This document shows, piece after piece, positions 25,827 to 37,194 of a stretch of 64,000 nt of DNA. The position numbers and the translations under genes are program-made. The stretch's first letter is position 1. Every line of letters starts with the position of its first letter. This DNA is from Amoebophrya sp. A120 (Eukaryota > Protista > Dinoflagellata), in the NCBI GenBank assembly GCA_905178155.1, contig CAJINV010000003.1, positions 4,933,863-4,997,862 of the forward strand, written 5' to 3'. Under the pieces are notes generated by a model. The model saw only the letters and a list, made by a program, of their open reading frames with translations. It was not told where the DNA came from and made no database searches.

Positions 25827-27275
25827 TCATGTTTCTGTGGCACCGTGGAGGAATGACACAGTTCGCCGTGGAGACGTGGCGCGAGCCCTTGGGTTTTCTC
25901 TGACTCCCGCGGATCTGATGGATTCGTCCGCTACTCGCGGAAAAACTACGTGAGCATCAGGGGGTCGCAGACTACTCCGTTGATCAGCGCTGAACGGCGC
26001 TCGGTGCTGCGCTGCCGAGACGGACGGAAAAAAATGCGAGATGACGGAGAACAACTGCGAACCTTGCTCGCGATCCGAGTTTGACGTTGGACGCGATTCC
26101 GCTGCCGTGGCTCCGCGTCCTCCATTTCGTCCGCGGTGGTGTTCTTGTCTGCGGGATGCAAACGCGGGCGCAGCGAGGATTTCTCGCACTTGCTGGTCGT
26201 TCCACCGCAGGTATTCCTCCTCCGACACTGGATTATATCCATCGGCCTCCGGTCGTCCCTCTTCCAAACCGCGCCGCCGCTCGTGTTCAGCGACGCAGGC
26301 CACGGACCATGCCGTGGCGCACAGCAACGTACCCACTCCCATACTCATCTGCGCAGGGGGCGGAAGAGCATTCACAATTTGTATTGATTTCTGTACGCCT
26401 GGAATCACCACTCGTCCCGCCCAATACGCGCACTCGATCGCGGGCAACGAATTTAGCATGCCCTCGGTCAGCTGTAGTGGAGCGTAAAATGATGGATCTC
26501 ATCCGTGGACCTAAACCACTCCAGACCAACACGTCGAGCAAAGCATTTTTTAGATAAAATGAGAATGACAGGTCACGCCTACAAATGTCAACAAACCGAA
26601 GTAGCACACGACGCCAGCACTGAGGGGCTGCAGGTGTAGATATTCGATAGTTATGAAGATCGATGTGCAAAAAACAACAGAAGTGTCTGTGCTTCTACTT
26701 ACGGCCAGATTTACTTCGTCGGCGATGATGGAATCCTGGGTTTCTGTCACGCGAAAGTTGGCGACTCGCATGCACGACGAAGCGACGAGAAAGCAACGCA
26801 GGCAACCGCGGCATGTCTCGTCAACCAGGCAGCAATAACCCGGCCACTGGGGAGCAGCGACGGAACACACATCTTCCACACACTGCGGAGTGCAGCAGCC
26901 GTTGTCGGTGGGGCAACAGATCTCCGCCCCAGACGTACCACAGCTCTTCGCGACCTCCACCGCGACGTCAACTGCACTCCCATAGCACAGATCGCAACAC
27001 GCCCAGCACTGGGGGTCCAAAGTTACCGCCGTCGGTTGAAAACAGCAGTATGTAGCGGCGTGCACAGGACAAACGACCTGCGCCACAGCACAGGGCACGT
27101 GCGCCGCAGCCGCGTAGCTGCAACAAATCGCCCAGTTTGAAGGTCTCTCGAGCGCCTGTTTCACGGCGGACAAGTGCGGAGCGCGGAAAGACGCTGCTCT
27201 GACCTGCGCGATGTTGGAGTAGAGACCGCAATACGCAACGGCTTGAAGCGCAAAAAGGAGCTTTTGCAGCTGCAT
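25827..27275 (-). CDS. Cysteine-rich protein with predicted signal peptide; probable paralog of 23881-24939; at least 2 exons
   Basis: ORFs 26550-27275 and 25827-26459 with a GTAAGT donor near 26700. Shares AAAHV..C..AQ...CP, P.AVT and AYW motifs with the neighbouring gene. Confidence 0.65.
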
Positions 27276-28044
27276 TTGAAGCGCGACGCGAGGTTACTAG
27301 AGCGCTGTTGACGTTCTGTCGCTTCAAGTTGCGAAACCCCGGCCTTCGTAAATTCGTGGGTTCCATTCCTTGATCCAGTTCTTGGAAGCCAGCCTGCTGC
27401 CGACTCAATTCTCGCAAACCATGAACCGTCGTCGAAGAAAGAACCTACGCAAAGAACGTCGCGATGTCAGTGGGACGACAAGCTGAGAGGTCACACCTGA
27501 ACAGCAATGGAACACTGACAGCAAAAGAGGCACTATCTTCTGCCGCATTCGATCGATACCCCAACCCGCGGCGGCGATGCTGCGTGACTCCTTTGAACGT
27601 TATTGCGTCTGTTTCGTTTCAGCCGAGTATTCTCTTGGTCTGGCCTTCGGATTTCATTACACGATGACGAAACGTCGAAGCAGGACCATTGATAGTGCGC
27701 GTGCCACGCGCACCGAGCAAAAATGAGAGACTCTTACGCGCAAGGACGCTGTGGTGCAATCATTCGTTGACGTAAGCGGAGAATGTAAAAGAAGGCGCAC
27801 ATAAGGACGGCGATGCCCATGCGTCATCTAGATTGATACTTAGTGGCAGGACATCACTGGCCGCAAAGAACTTCGATGCTCGCAGCTGCTTGGCTGCACA
27901 ACGAACGTCGATCAGCGTTCACTAGTCACGCCTCCGCTTGTAGTTTAACTGGATTGATTCAGTGGAATGACGATCGATCGGACCTCGCGACCCACATCGA
28001 TGGAAGAAGTGGCCGCCTCGACGGAAGTCCTGTGTGTGAAATCT

Positions 28045-31000
28045 TCACGCACCGGCGCGGGACGATGATGTTCTTAAACTTTCGCTCGAGCACGACCTTT
28101 TCTTCTTGCCGCTCTTCTTCTCTTGTCGTCTTCCCGCAGCGCTTTCGACATTGCCACTTTTGTTCTCTGGCGCGCTGGTTCTTCTTTCCTTTTTTGACTT
28201 TTTGTCCTTCTTCCCATCGGCGTGCCGCGTCTCCGCGGTCGTGTCACGATTGTCCTGACTATCGTCTTCTTTCTTGCTTTTCGCCTTCTTCTCTTTCGGC
28301 CGAAGTTCCACGCGCGGCGGTTCATCGGAAGTTGCATCTGCGTCGTTTGGCAGAAGCGTCTCCTTCTTACCGCAATTATCTGTCGTGGCGGCACTCTGAA
28401 ACGGAACGTGTCCTCCACCAGCTTCCGACCCCGCCACATTCCCGCCGGCGCTTTCGTCCCGCTGCTTTTCAGCTAGCATAAACTCGATAGCTGCGGCGTC
28501 CGCTTCTTCCTCGGAGTCTACGTCCGTCATCTTGTCGGATTCCGGGACGTACTTCTTCCATTCGTCCGCCTTTCTGCCAAAAGCGATCTCCTTGTAAATG
28601 TTGTACATGACGGCCAGGTCGACTTCCGTGTATTCGAATTGCTGGAGTTGTACCTCTTCCCGGGTGTATGTGCCGGCCTCGATGTACTGTTTCAGCCTCT
28701 CCCACCCATGCATCAGGGCCATGCGTACAGCAAATTGCTCCTCTGGCCAGAGAGTACAGTAGACGGAAAACAGCCCCCTTTTCCTTTGCTCCGCAATTTT
28801 GTCGGTGCTCCATCCAGGCTGCCAGTACTTCGGGCTGTACTTCCGGATGATTTCCCAGCGCCGCTGCCGCACCTCCTCCCGGTGTGCCCTGTAGTTGTCG
28901 AGCAGCTGTCTGTGGTTCTTGGGTCCGTCGCATGTGTGGTTCACCCCTTCGCTGACGGCGTCCCGCGGGGTCATGTTGCACAGGAGGCAGTGAAGCGTCA
29001 GTCCGTCCTCACATTTTTTGCTATCTTTCGAGGGTTTCAAGATTACCCACTCGTAGGGAAGCTGACGCCCCGGAATGCCGGCAGAGTAGCACCAGAATGC
29101 GTACTTGGGGTGGCTATACGTCCTCGGCTGCCGCTCGGCAAGGTGCGCGATCGCCTGGTGGTCCTGCCACGTCTTGCTGACGTTCCCTGCTTTATTCAGG
29201 ATGCTGTTATTGCTCGTGGATACTCTGGAGTAGATGGACATCCGATCCTCCAGCACCTGCTTCTCCCACGGCCCGGCATGATTGCCCTGGCTGCTGCGAC
29301 TGGCGGCCACCTGCGACTCCCGCGCGGCCCCGAGGCGTGACAGGTTCGAGGGCGTGATCCGGTACGTTTTGGCAGACGCGTAGCTGCTTGCTCCGGAAGA
29401 ATGCCGCCCGCGTGCGGTCATCGGGAGACCTGCGAAACACAAAATTTGCGGTGCATGCCTGCCCAATCGATCCAGTTGGCACTCCTCGTCCTTCAATTGG
29501 TACTCCTCCTCGTCGAGGTCGCCTGGGTAGTTGCAGTCGATTTTATCTTCGCCTCTTTCAGCACATTTTTAGTGGGGCCTCTTCTAATTCGTGACCTAGC
29601 TTCTCAATGGTGAAACGAGTATGAGTTCTGCAAAGCCGAGAACTACGCCAGGCAGTGCGGGGCCGCTGGTTCCTATTAATGTATCGAGGTCGCAAAGGCA
29701 AATAAAAATGTCAAAAAGTATAAACTTACGTCCCAAAACGGCGGAGGCTTTCAGGTTGTAGGTGCGTTTTCGGAAGTTGTACGGCGAAAACATATTAAGC
29801 TTGTCCAGCTCTGTCTTTGCGCGTGAGTACTCATCTAAACCCTTGGGTACCGGGTCCATGGTTGCGAAGTCTGGGTCCCATTCGAGTTGCTCCGTGCGGC
29901 TCTGTTGCGTTGCCCTCCCGCCTGACGACGCAGACTCAGTGGCCTGGTGCTCGCGCGCAGTAGTGCCGTCGACGCTGCCGGCACTTTCCAGCGCAGTGGC
30001 TTCCTCGGAACGGAGTCTTCGTCTCAAGGCGGAACGCTGCTCGGCGGTTAGGTTGGAAGCTACAGTGTCCGGCACTTCGTCAAACGGTGGCGGTGGAGCT
30101 GGCTTGCATATAAGGGAGGTCCCTTGCCGGGCTATCTGCGAGTTTGGAAAGAAGAACCAGACGTGGGCTTGCACGTGTAAAAACGACCACACACACACGC
30201 TAACTTTGAAGACACGGAGGTTAGAAATTGCGAAGCAAGAAACTGTGGCAGCAATAGATACGTCGATGTTCCGCAGCGGTCTATCCTGTGCCTCCTTTCG
30301 AAAACTCCAGTGTGCGTATCGCTTGCGGTGGATGGCGGATGACAAATGCTCTTCATCCGGCCAGCAGTTTTTATTGTGGCACAAATGGCATTTGACTTCG
30401 AAGTACTTTGCACCGTGGTTGTCCACAAACAGAACCTTGAAGACGTCGGGCTCCTTGAAAAATTTTCCCGGTACCTTGTCCGGAATGTCCAAGGAGTGGC
30501 CCTCGATGATGTTGTCCATATGCTGCGAACTTGTTACGTCGATCGTCTTTTTCATTCCTGGCTTGTCGCTTTGAGACACTGTTGGTGCTGCCGCCCTCGC
30601 GTTTATTCCCGCCCCGCTAGCGGATGCGACGTCGTCAAGGTGGCTGATCGATGAAAGTTCGGCGTACGACTGGAGCATAGAAGTACTCTGCGCCGGTCTG
30701 CCAGATGAAGAAAGATCTAGCGACGCACCAACCGTTGCGGCGGTGGGGAAGTCAAAGCTGACACTTGGCTCCTGTAAGTCGCCATCTTCTGGCACCGGTG
30801 CGAGTCGCGCGGGCGTGAGGGCATCAAGCGGGTAGAGCACCATCTGGCTGGCGCCGAAAGTCTTGTACTGATCCCATTTTTTCAGGTGCTTCTCAGACTC
30901 GCGGTGCTCCTCACCTGGGTGCGCTTGTTTGTTGCACATCTTGCAGTGCACATACAAGTAGCTGTACTTGCCCGAGCCGCGAACTGCGTAGTCGTAAATA

Positions 31001-31659
31001 TCCGGGTCGTCCGTCATCCAGGCATGCGTCTTCTCATTCTCCAGCCCGTGGCTTTTCAGGAGCTTTCGCAACTTCGCCTTGGCAGCGCGCGCCTTCTCCG
31101 CTTTCCGCGTCGCCTGAAAGTTAGCATCGAGCTGGCAGTGGTATTCTAAGCCTCCACGCAGGAAAGTTTCAGATTTCACCTGGCTAGACCTGCTGGACGT
31201 AGAGGAGAAGTGCCGCTCGCCGTCCGTGGCAAAGAACGACTGCTGCTCTTCTTGCACGTGCTGGATCGAGGAAGCTACGCTGGCGTCAAGTAGTGCCGTG
31301 TGCGTCGCACGCGCAGAGAAACTGGCATTTTCAACACCTGATCCTCCAGCCCCATCGCCGTTTGGGCTTGCGTCGGATTCTGGACTCCCCTCCCCTCTTC
31401 TGCGCGCTTTATCTTCCTCGTCAGGTTCTTCGTCCGGCGACGGGTCGTGCTGGTTGCACTTCTTACTAGATTTATTCTTTTTCTCCTTCTTATTTTTTTT
31501 CTTTTTTACGATCTCTCCGCGGTCGTCGTCGGAAAGGTCCAGGTTCGTGTCTCCAAACAAAGCAGCGCCCGCGGCTGGGGTTCGGCTTCGCTTCTTTTCT
31601 ACTTTCCCGGTCTTTTTCTTACGGCTTTGCCTTTCGGGCGAAGTAGAACACGAGGACAT
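28045..31659 (-). CDS. Protein with about three matrin/U1-type C2H2 zinc fingers and Lys-rich termini, multi-exon
   Basis: HCKMCNKQAHPGEEHRESEKHLKK, KCHLCHNKNCWPDEEHLSSAIHRKR and HCLLCNMTPR...NHTCDGPKNHRQ across ORFs 29596-31821 and 28045-29496. Joining is inferred. Confidence 0.7.
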
Positions 31660-32426
31660 CTTGGCCAGCAACAACAAGTTAACGAGTATGCAATGCAAAA
31701 GCAAAAAAGCAGAACGTACACTGAAGAATTCTGCCTTGTTTCGCTTCAGTAGCTCACGCCCTGAGACATTCTTGTACACGTATACAAAAAAAACGCAGCA
31801 AGCACAGGCGACAAAGTACAAATGAAGATCCCTTTTCTTTTTGGTGGATCTTACCGCAACCTAGACGACAACTGGCAGGATGACAAAGAGTACGACGTAG
31901 GATCCAGGCTGATGAACAGCACAGCATTATCCATCTGTACTTGCAGGATATCCACAATCCGTTGGGTCACGAAGAAAAAAAATCGAACAGCCTGGCGCCG
32001 GCTCCGTGACGCATACGATACCACCCTAGATAGGTAATAGGCTAGCCTACGCGTCAATCGCAAGTGAACCGCCTGAAAGTTCCACAAACCCGCTTCCCGC
32101 ACTCTTGTTCACGTCCAAAGATTTGGATTTCATTTCCACTGATTTTCGGGACACACTATATCGGAGGAGCAGCAGCTCTGATGTGATATGAAGTTGAGTT
32201 TACGTCGAGCTGAACTTCAGTGTTGTTCGATTTTGATTCCCGCATATTTGAAAGTACGGTGTACTATGTCGCCACATATTGTAGTTTACGTCTCCTCGCT
32301 GCATATATTCGGAGGAAAATTCAATCACCGTGACGAGCACCGCTGACTGACAGGTCGCTGCAAAAAACGCAAAAAAGGTCTTGTAGACGAGAACACGGCT
32401 CGGGTTTATTCTCTTCTACGATTTTA

Positions 32427-32487
32427 AAGTGCTCTTTGTATTTGTGCTAGTCTATCTTGTAGTTGTTTGAAGTGCTCTTTGTATTTG
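32427..32487. repeat. 18-bp perfect direct repeat downstream of a CDS (likely 3' UTR)
   Basis: AAGTGCTCTTTGTATTTG at 32427-32444 and 32470-32487. Confidence 0.75.
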
Positions 32488-32577
32488 CTTTTGTTGCAAA
32501 AAGCTGCTAAATGGATAACGACTCCCCCTCGTCCAGGCCCTGTCTTTACTAGCCCACACCTTCCCTGCTCCGACATT

Positions 32578-34089
32578 CTACGGACGGTAAAAGCTCCTCC
32601 GGCTCCGCGATGACGACGTTTGATCTGCCTTGACCTCCGCAGACCCTGATCCCGTGGAACCCGAACTTGACGCCGAGGACGCGGACCGGCTCTTCGAGGC
32701 CCGATTTTTAGAATAAGTACGCCTACTTCGCGAGGAGTTCCTACCTCTCGAACTTGTCCTTCGTCTTTTCGTTGTCCGCTCTGGTGATTTAGATTTAGTC
32801 GTGTTGCCTTTCGAGTAAACGCCCTGGTCGTTCGTGTATAGTAGATCTTCCTTCGCTACTGCCAGTGAAAATTTCGGAATTGGATATTGCCGGAGCAACG
32901 TGGAAAATCCTTCCGCGGTCCTGCGTGGCTTGTACATTTGCGGACGACCCGGAAGTACTGTCTCGGAAGCTCCTGCAACCGATGAGGTTTGTTCCTTTCC
33001 CGGTTCTGGCGACGATTGTGTTTTTGAGACAGTTGTTTTTTCATCGCCGCGATAATCACCGTTTTCATCGGAAGCACCTGCTGATGCGCTGCGGTTGGCG
33101 ACATCCTCGGCGGATGAAGAACTGTCCCGTCCTTGCTGCTTTCCCCCTTCTACTTCCGGCTGGTCCTGACCTTTCTGCTCGCATTGGTTCGTGACCTGAG
33201 TCGTGATGCTTTCTCCGAAAAAGTCGAAATCTCGACCGAGACGCGGCCGGGTTCCTCCGTCCGAGGAAGAGCAGGTGGAGGTCTCGTCACTATCCGAATC
33301 ATAACCAAGCGGGTCGTCCCCACCAAACTCCTCATCCGCGTCTTCCGGTAGTTCCTCTGCGCGACTCATCTCCTTCCCGTCTGCACCTGCCGACCTCGCG
33401 GTTACGTGATTTTCCGGCTTGTCCAGGTCTTGATAACAGGCCCACATGAACCACTCCTCCTCCTCCGCGAGCGTCATTGGTCTATCCGCGTCCGCCCCCT
33501 CTTCCGATTCATCGTCTGGTGCTGGTGCATGACCCTCCTGCATGTGGATATTTTCCTCGTTCTTCATCTCGTCGGCAAGAATGTCGTCCTGCTCGTCTAG
33601 TACTTCCGCGTGGTCCACGGTCTCCTCCTCGTGTCCCCGACCTTCTTCGGCCTCCATGATTTTTTCTGGCTTCAATTTTTCCGCCAAAACCTCGTCGTCA
33701 CTGGAAGCTGCATCCGTGACCACCTCTTCTTCGTCTTCGCTGGTCACGTAATCAGAGCTCCCGGAACTCGCTTCCCAAGCCGCGTCCCACAACGACCGCG
33801 CGCCCGGTCGCTGCGAACTTTTTGCACCAGCAAGAGCGGGGTCGTGTTTCTTTGCGCCATCCGAGTGGTCGGTAGGAGAGTCGTGAGAGGGACAAGGGGA
33901 AGATCCAGAGGTGGGTGAGGGAGTTCCTGTCGTCGCCGACGACAGCGGGCTCAAACGCGCGCCGTGGTCCGCTCCTTGTGGCTGCTCAAGAACATCCATC
34001 TGTGGAGGCTGTGGAAAAGAAGTAGAAGGGCAACCGGTGATGGTGGTACTGCCTCCCGTGAAAGAGGAGGAAGAGGAGGAGGAGGCCAT
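32578..34089 (-). CDS. Acidic/Ser-rich low-complexity hypothetical protein with an Arg/Ser-rich tail
   Basis: 503-aa ATG-started ORF. Confidence 0.7.
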   Translation of the reverse strand: MASSSSSSSFTGGSTTITGCPSTSFPQPPQMDVLEQPQGADHGARLSPLSSATTGTPSPTSGSSPCPSHDSPTDHSDGAKKHDPALAGAKSSQRPGARSLWDAAWEASSGSSDYVTSEDEEEVVTDAASSDDEVLAEKLKPEKIMEAEEGRGHEEETVDHAEVLDEQDDILADEMKNEENIHMQEGHAPAPDDESEEGADADRPMTLAEEEEWFMWACYQDLDKPENHVTARSAGADGKEMSRAEELPEDADEEFGGDDPLGYDSDSDETSTCSSSDGGTRPRLGRDFDFFGESITTQVTNQCEQKGQDQPEVEGGKQQGRDSSSSAEDVANRSASAGASDENGDYRGDEKTTVSKTQSSPEPGKEQTSSVAGASETVLPGRPQMYKPRRTAEGFSTLLRQYPIPKFSLAVAKEDLLYTNDQGVYSKGNTTKSKSPERTTKRRRTSSRGRNSSRSRRTYSKNRASKSRSASSASSSGSTGSGSAEVKADQTSSSRSRRSFYRP

Positions 34090-34896
34090 GTAATCAGGAC
34101 AGAAAGACGCTTGTTTAGAGGCTCGATGCTCACACAGTCATAGATTAAAAAGATGAAGATGTTCGTCTTTGGCAGGAAAGACAAGTAGCGAGTCCACAAT
34201 TCAAATAATGTAAATGTAGGTGTACCGATGGATAATAAAACGCGAACGCACAGTAAGAACAAGTGCCATGATGATAAAAATAGAACGTACTTCCACGCAT
34301 TTTCTCCGTTAAAATGTTTGAGTGTCGCGTTCGAAAACGCAGTTTCCGACGCGCAACCTTCTGCCCTAAACAACCTATTGCTACATATCGACCACCTTCG
34401 TCCGAAAAATCATCTTCATGCCTGCGATTAGACTTAATTCGGCAACTTTCGAATTCCGAAGCGGCATAAACAAACTTCATCATGTTGTGCTCCGTGAATA
34501 AAACGAAAAAAATGTGTGATCAAGCGACACTCGAAGAATAAGATGCAACTTATCCGCGTCGTGCAGATAATGATGATCATCACCAAGTCAGCGGCACGTG
34601 CGGGTTTTCAAAGAGCCGCAACCCGTAGCCGCCGTCTTCTGCATACAAGATATCAGATCTTTCTGAAGAAAGCAGTTGAAAAGTAAGAGTGTCACGGTGC
34701 CCTACCATCAAAGGGCGAGCCTCGCGCCGTTACATCTTTGACTTTTTCTGCCTGTATATGAGCACGGTCTTCCGAAAGCTGCTGCAAGATCACCGGCTTA
34801 CTTGATGAGCGCTATCGACGCCTTTGCTTCTGCACTAGAGGCTGTTGCGTCACACTCAAGTTTCAAAATTCCAAAACTAACACAGACTCTTGCGAG

Positions 34897-36393
34897 TTAA
34901 GCGAGACCAGTTTCCGGACCCTTTGCTTGTGACGTGAAGACATTGTAGGGCTTCGCGGCGTTCCACACCGCTCCCGTGGGGTCTAGAGCCATACAAAATT
35001 GCATGTCCCGTTGAAACTTCGCCCCAAGCCGCTGCCTCCACTCCTCTGAGAAACCGTTGGAGCTCTGTCGAGACTCCAGATCCGCGAGTGCCCGTAGCCA
35101 CTTTTCGCATTTCTCTGGGTGCTCTTTCGCCGCGACTCTTATCGCCGCCACTTGCACGTCCTGAAGCTCCATCAGTTTGCAATTCTCGTAATCGACCGAA
35201 CCTATTGCAGACAATAAATTTTTGCCATGTATTTGTGGTCGAAGCTTGCATCATCAAAAAGTAAAGCTAAAAAGTCATATGTTGTCTGAGGTAGCAGTAT
35301 CCCTGCTGGTACCGTCTTCGTTGTAGGCTATATCCCAGGTTGGGTAGGTGCGGAAGTTGTCAGTTCTCCTGGACCTGTGCCACAGAACCTGCGCCGGATG
35401 CAAGAAGGGCGCGTCTGTTGGGGCATCGTCGACATTGTGCATGAGCTGGTACTTTCCGGTCGGAGAGTGCATCAGTTGCTCCACTGTGATTTGCCCACCC
35501 TGACCCACCTCCGCCGGATATTTCGCCAACCGTTCCTCGTAGAATTTTCGCGGGTTCAGTGCGTACCGAGTGCAAGACCGGCGCGTTCCGCATACATCCT
35601 CGGGGTCAATGTACTCGCGGACAATCTTCAACTGTGGATCCGTTCCCATTTCCTCCAAAATCTGCAGTTCCTCCACCATATTCGGTGCAATTTGCAGTGA
35701 TTGGCTCGGGCAACCAATCCGTTCCGCCTCGTAGCCGCGCCAGGAAGCTTCGTGGTCCGCGGCGGTCGAGTCTAAAGCAAAGACTTTCACGCCCTCGCCC
35801 ATCGGATTCTGCTGCGGTGGGTTCGCTGGTCCTGGTGGGATAGGGATTGGCGTCGCGGAACCCGAAGATAGCACCTAAAAAGACATGAATCAATTTGGAG
35901 GAGGTCAACTCGTCGTGGGCGCGGATGCGGCAATCATGGTAAGTAAAACGCCTCATTGTGAACATCCTCTGACTGTTAATTATGAATTATGTGCTGGAGC
36001 ACTGCGTCCATGTTTGTAAAAAAGAGCGATCGTTTGTACTTACTGAGCTACTTCTTGCAAAATATTTTTCATGGGCAGTACGTAAAAATAGACCTGCTGA
36101 TTTGGGCCAAAGCTTCCGTAGTTGGGTTGCTGTCCATAATTCGGGGCCCCCATGGGAGGGGGTTGCTGTCCATAATTGGGGTACTGTGGCGAGCCTCCGT
36201 GGCCATAGCCTGTAGGGAAACCGCCCGGTGCTCCGTAATTCACGCCTCCGCCGTACGCCTGATGATCCACGTACGCATTTTCCCTCTCCCGCTTCTTCTG
36301 CGCTAGACACCGCACGAGGGAGATGATGCCCAGGACGATCAGAATTATGGCATAAACCGCCAACTGAACCAGTTGCGGAGTGATGTTAACCAT
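34897..36393 (-). CDS. Hypothetical single-pass membrane protein with PNYGQQP repeats, multi-exon
   Basis: MVNITPQLVQLAVYAIILIVLGIISLVRCL transmembrane segment and a Gly/Pro/Tyr/Gln-rich stretch. A GT-AG intron leads into ORF 35275-35874, then 34897-35214. Confidence 0.6.
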
Positions 36394-37194
36394 CTTTCGA
36401 GCGGTGGTATTGTCGAGGTCGAGGTCGCGTGGAACAAATACAAAATAAACTTTCAGGGTACAAGAAAGTAAAGAACGCTTTTCGATTGCGAGTTCAAAAC
36501 CGGACCAACGAAAACTCAGCTGTACATTATTGCGTACATGTCGAACTGAAATGCAACTTTTTGGCTTTGCTCGCACCCAGGCCTGTTGCGCGACTAAATG
36601 CGAATGGAATCATGATCGCATGGCTCACTGTTTTGATCAAGATCCACCTGCTTTTCAGTCACAAGGCAATCAGGATCAGAACGAGAGGGAGGATCGTCTC
36701 CAACACAGGATGTTGACCTTTGCTACAGACTAAATTTCTCGCCGCCGCAGCAGAATCCATCATTACGCTGTTTCATTCCGCCTCGCAGGAACAAAAAGCC
36801 ACAAAGAAAACGAAAGCTAGCAAAAGAGCATCATCAAATCACTAGCAAAGTACGGAGGAAAAAGAGCCATAGCTTTGCTCGGTAAGTAACGATCTCCGAA
36901 AAGAACACTGACATGGACATACACAGCGACAGCATAACTTTGCTCGGACTAAATGCCGACGAAAATCAGGATCGGGAAGTCTTGCTCATTCGTTAGATGT
37001 AAAAACGGCATGTGGGTCAAACAAAAGGAAAAGGGAGATCAGAAGGTTGTCGCGGGGATACGCCTGGCGGTTCGCCAGGAACGAGGGGGAGGATTGTACA
37101 AGCACAAAAAAATGGCTGCAGGACCGCCACTCATGTAAACAAAGGTGCTTATCACTACGCGGGTGCAACAAGAACCACAAAAAAGCACAGACGC

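Noticed and set aside
34621-34635. CCGTAGCC as a dinoflagellate spliced-leader relic
   Set aside because: Only 8 nt match, the ATTTTGGCTCAAG continuation is missing, and it lies on the non-coding strand.
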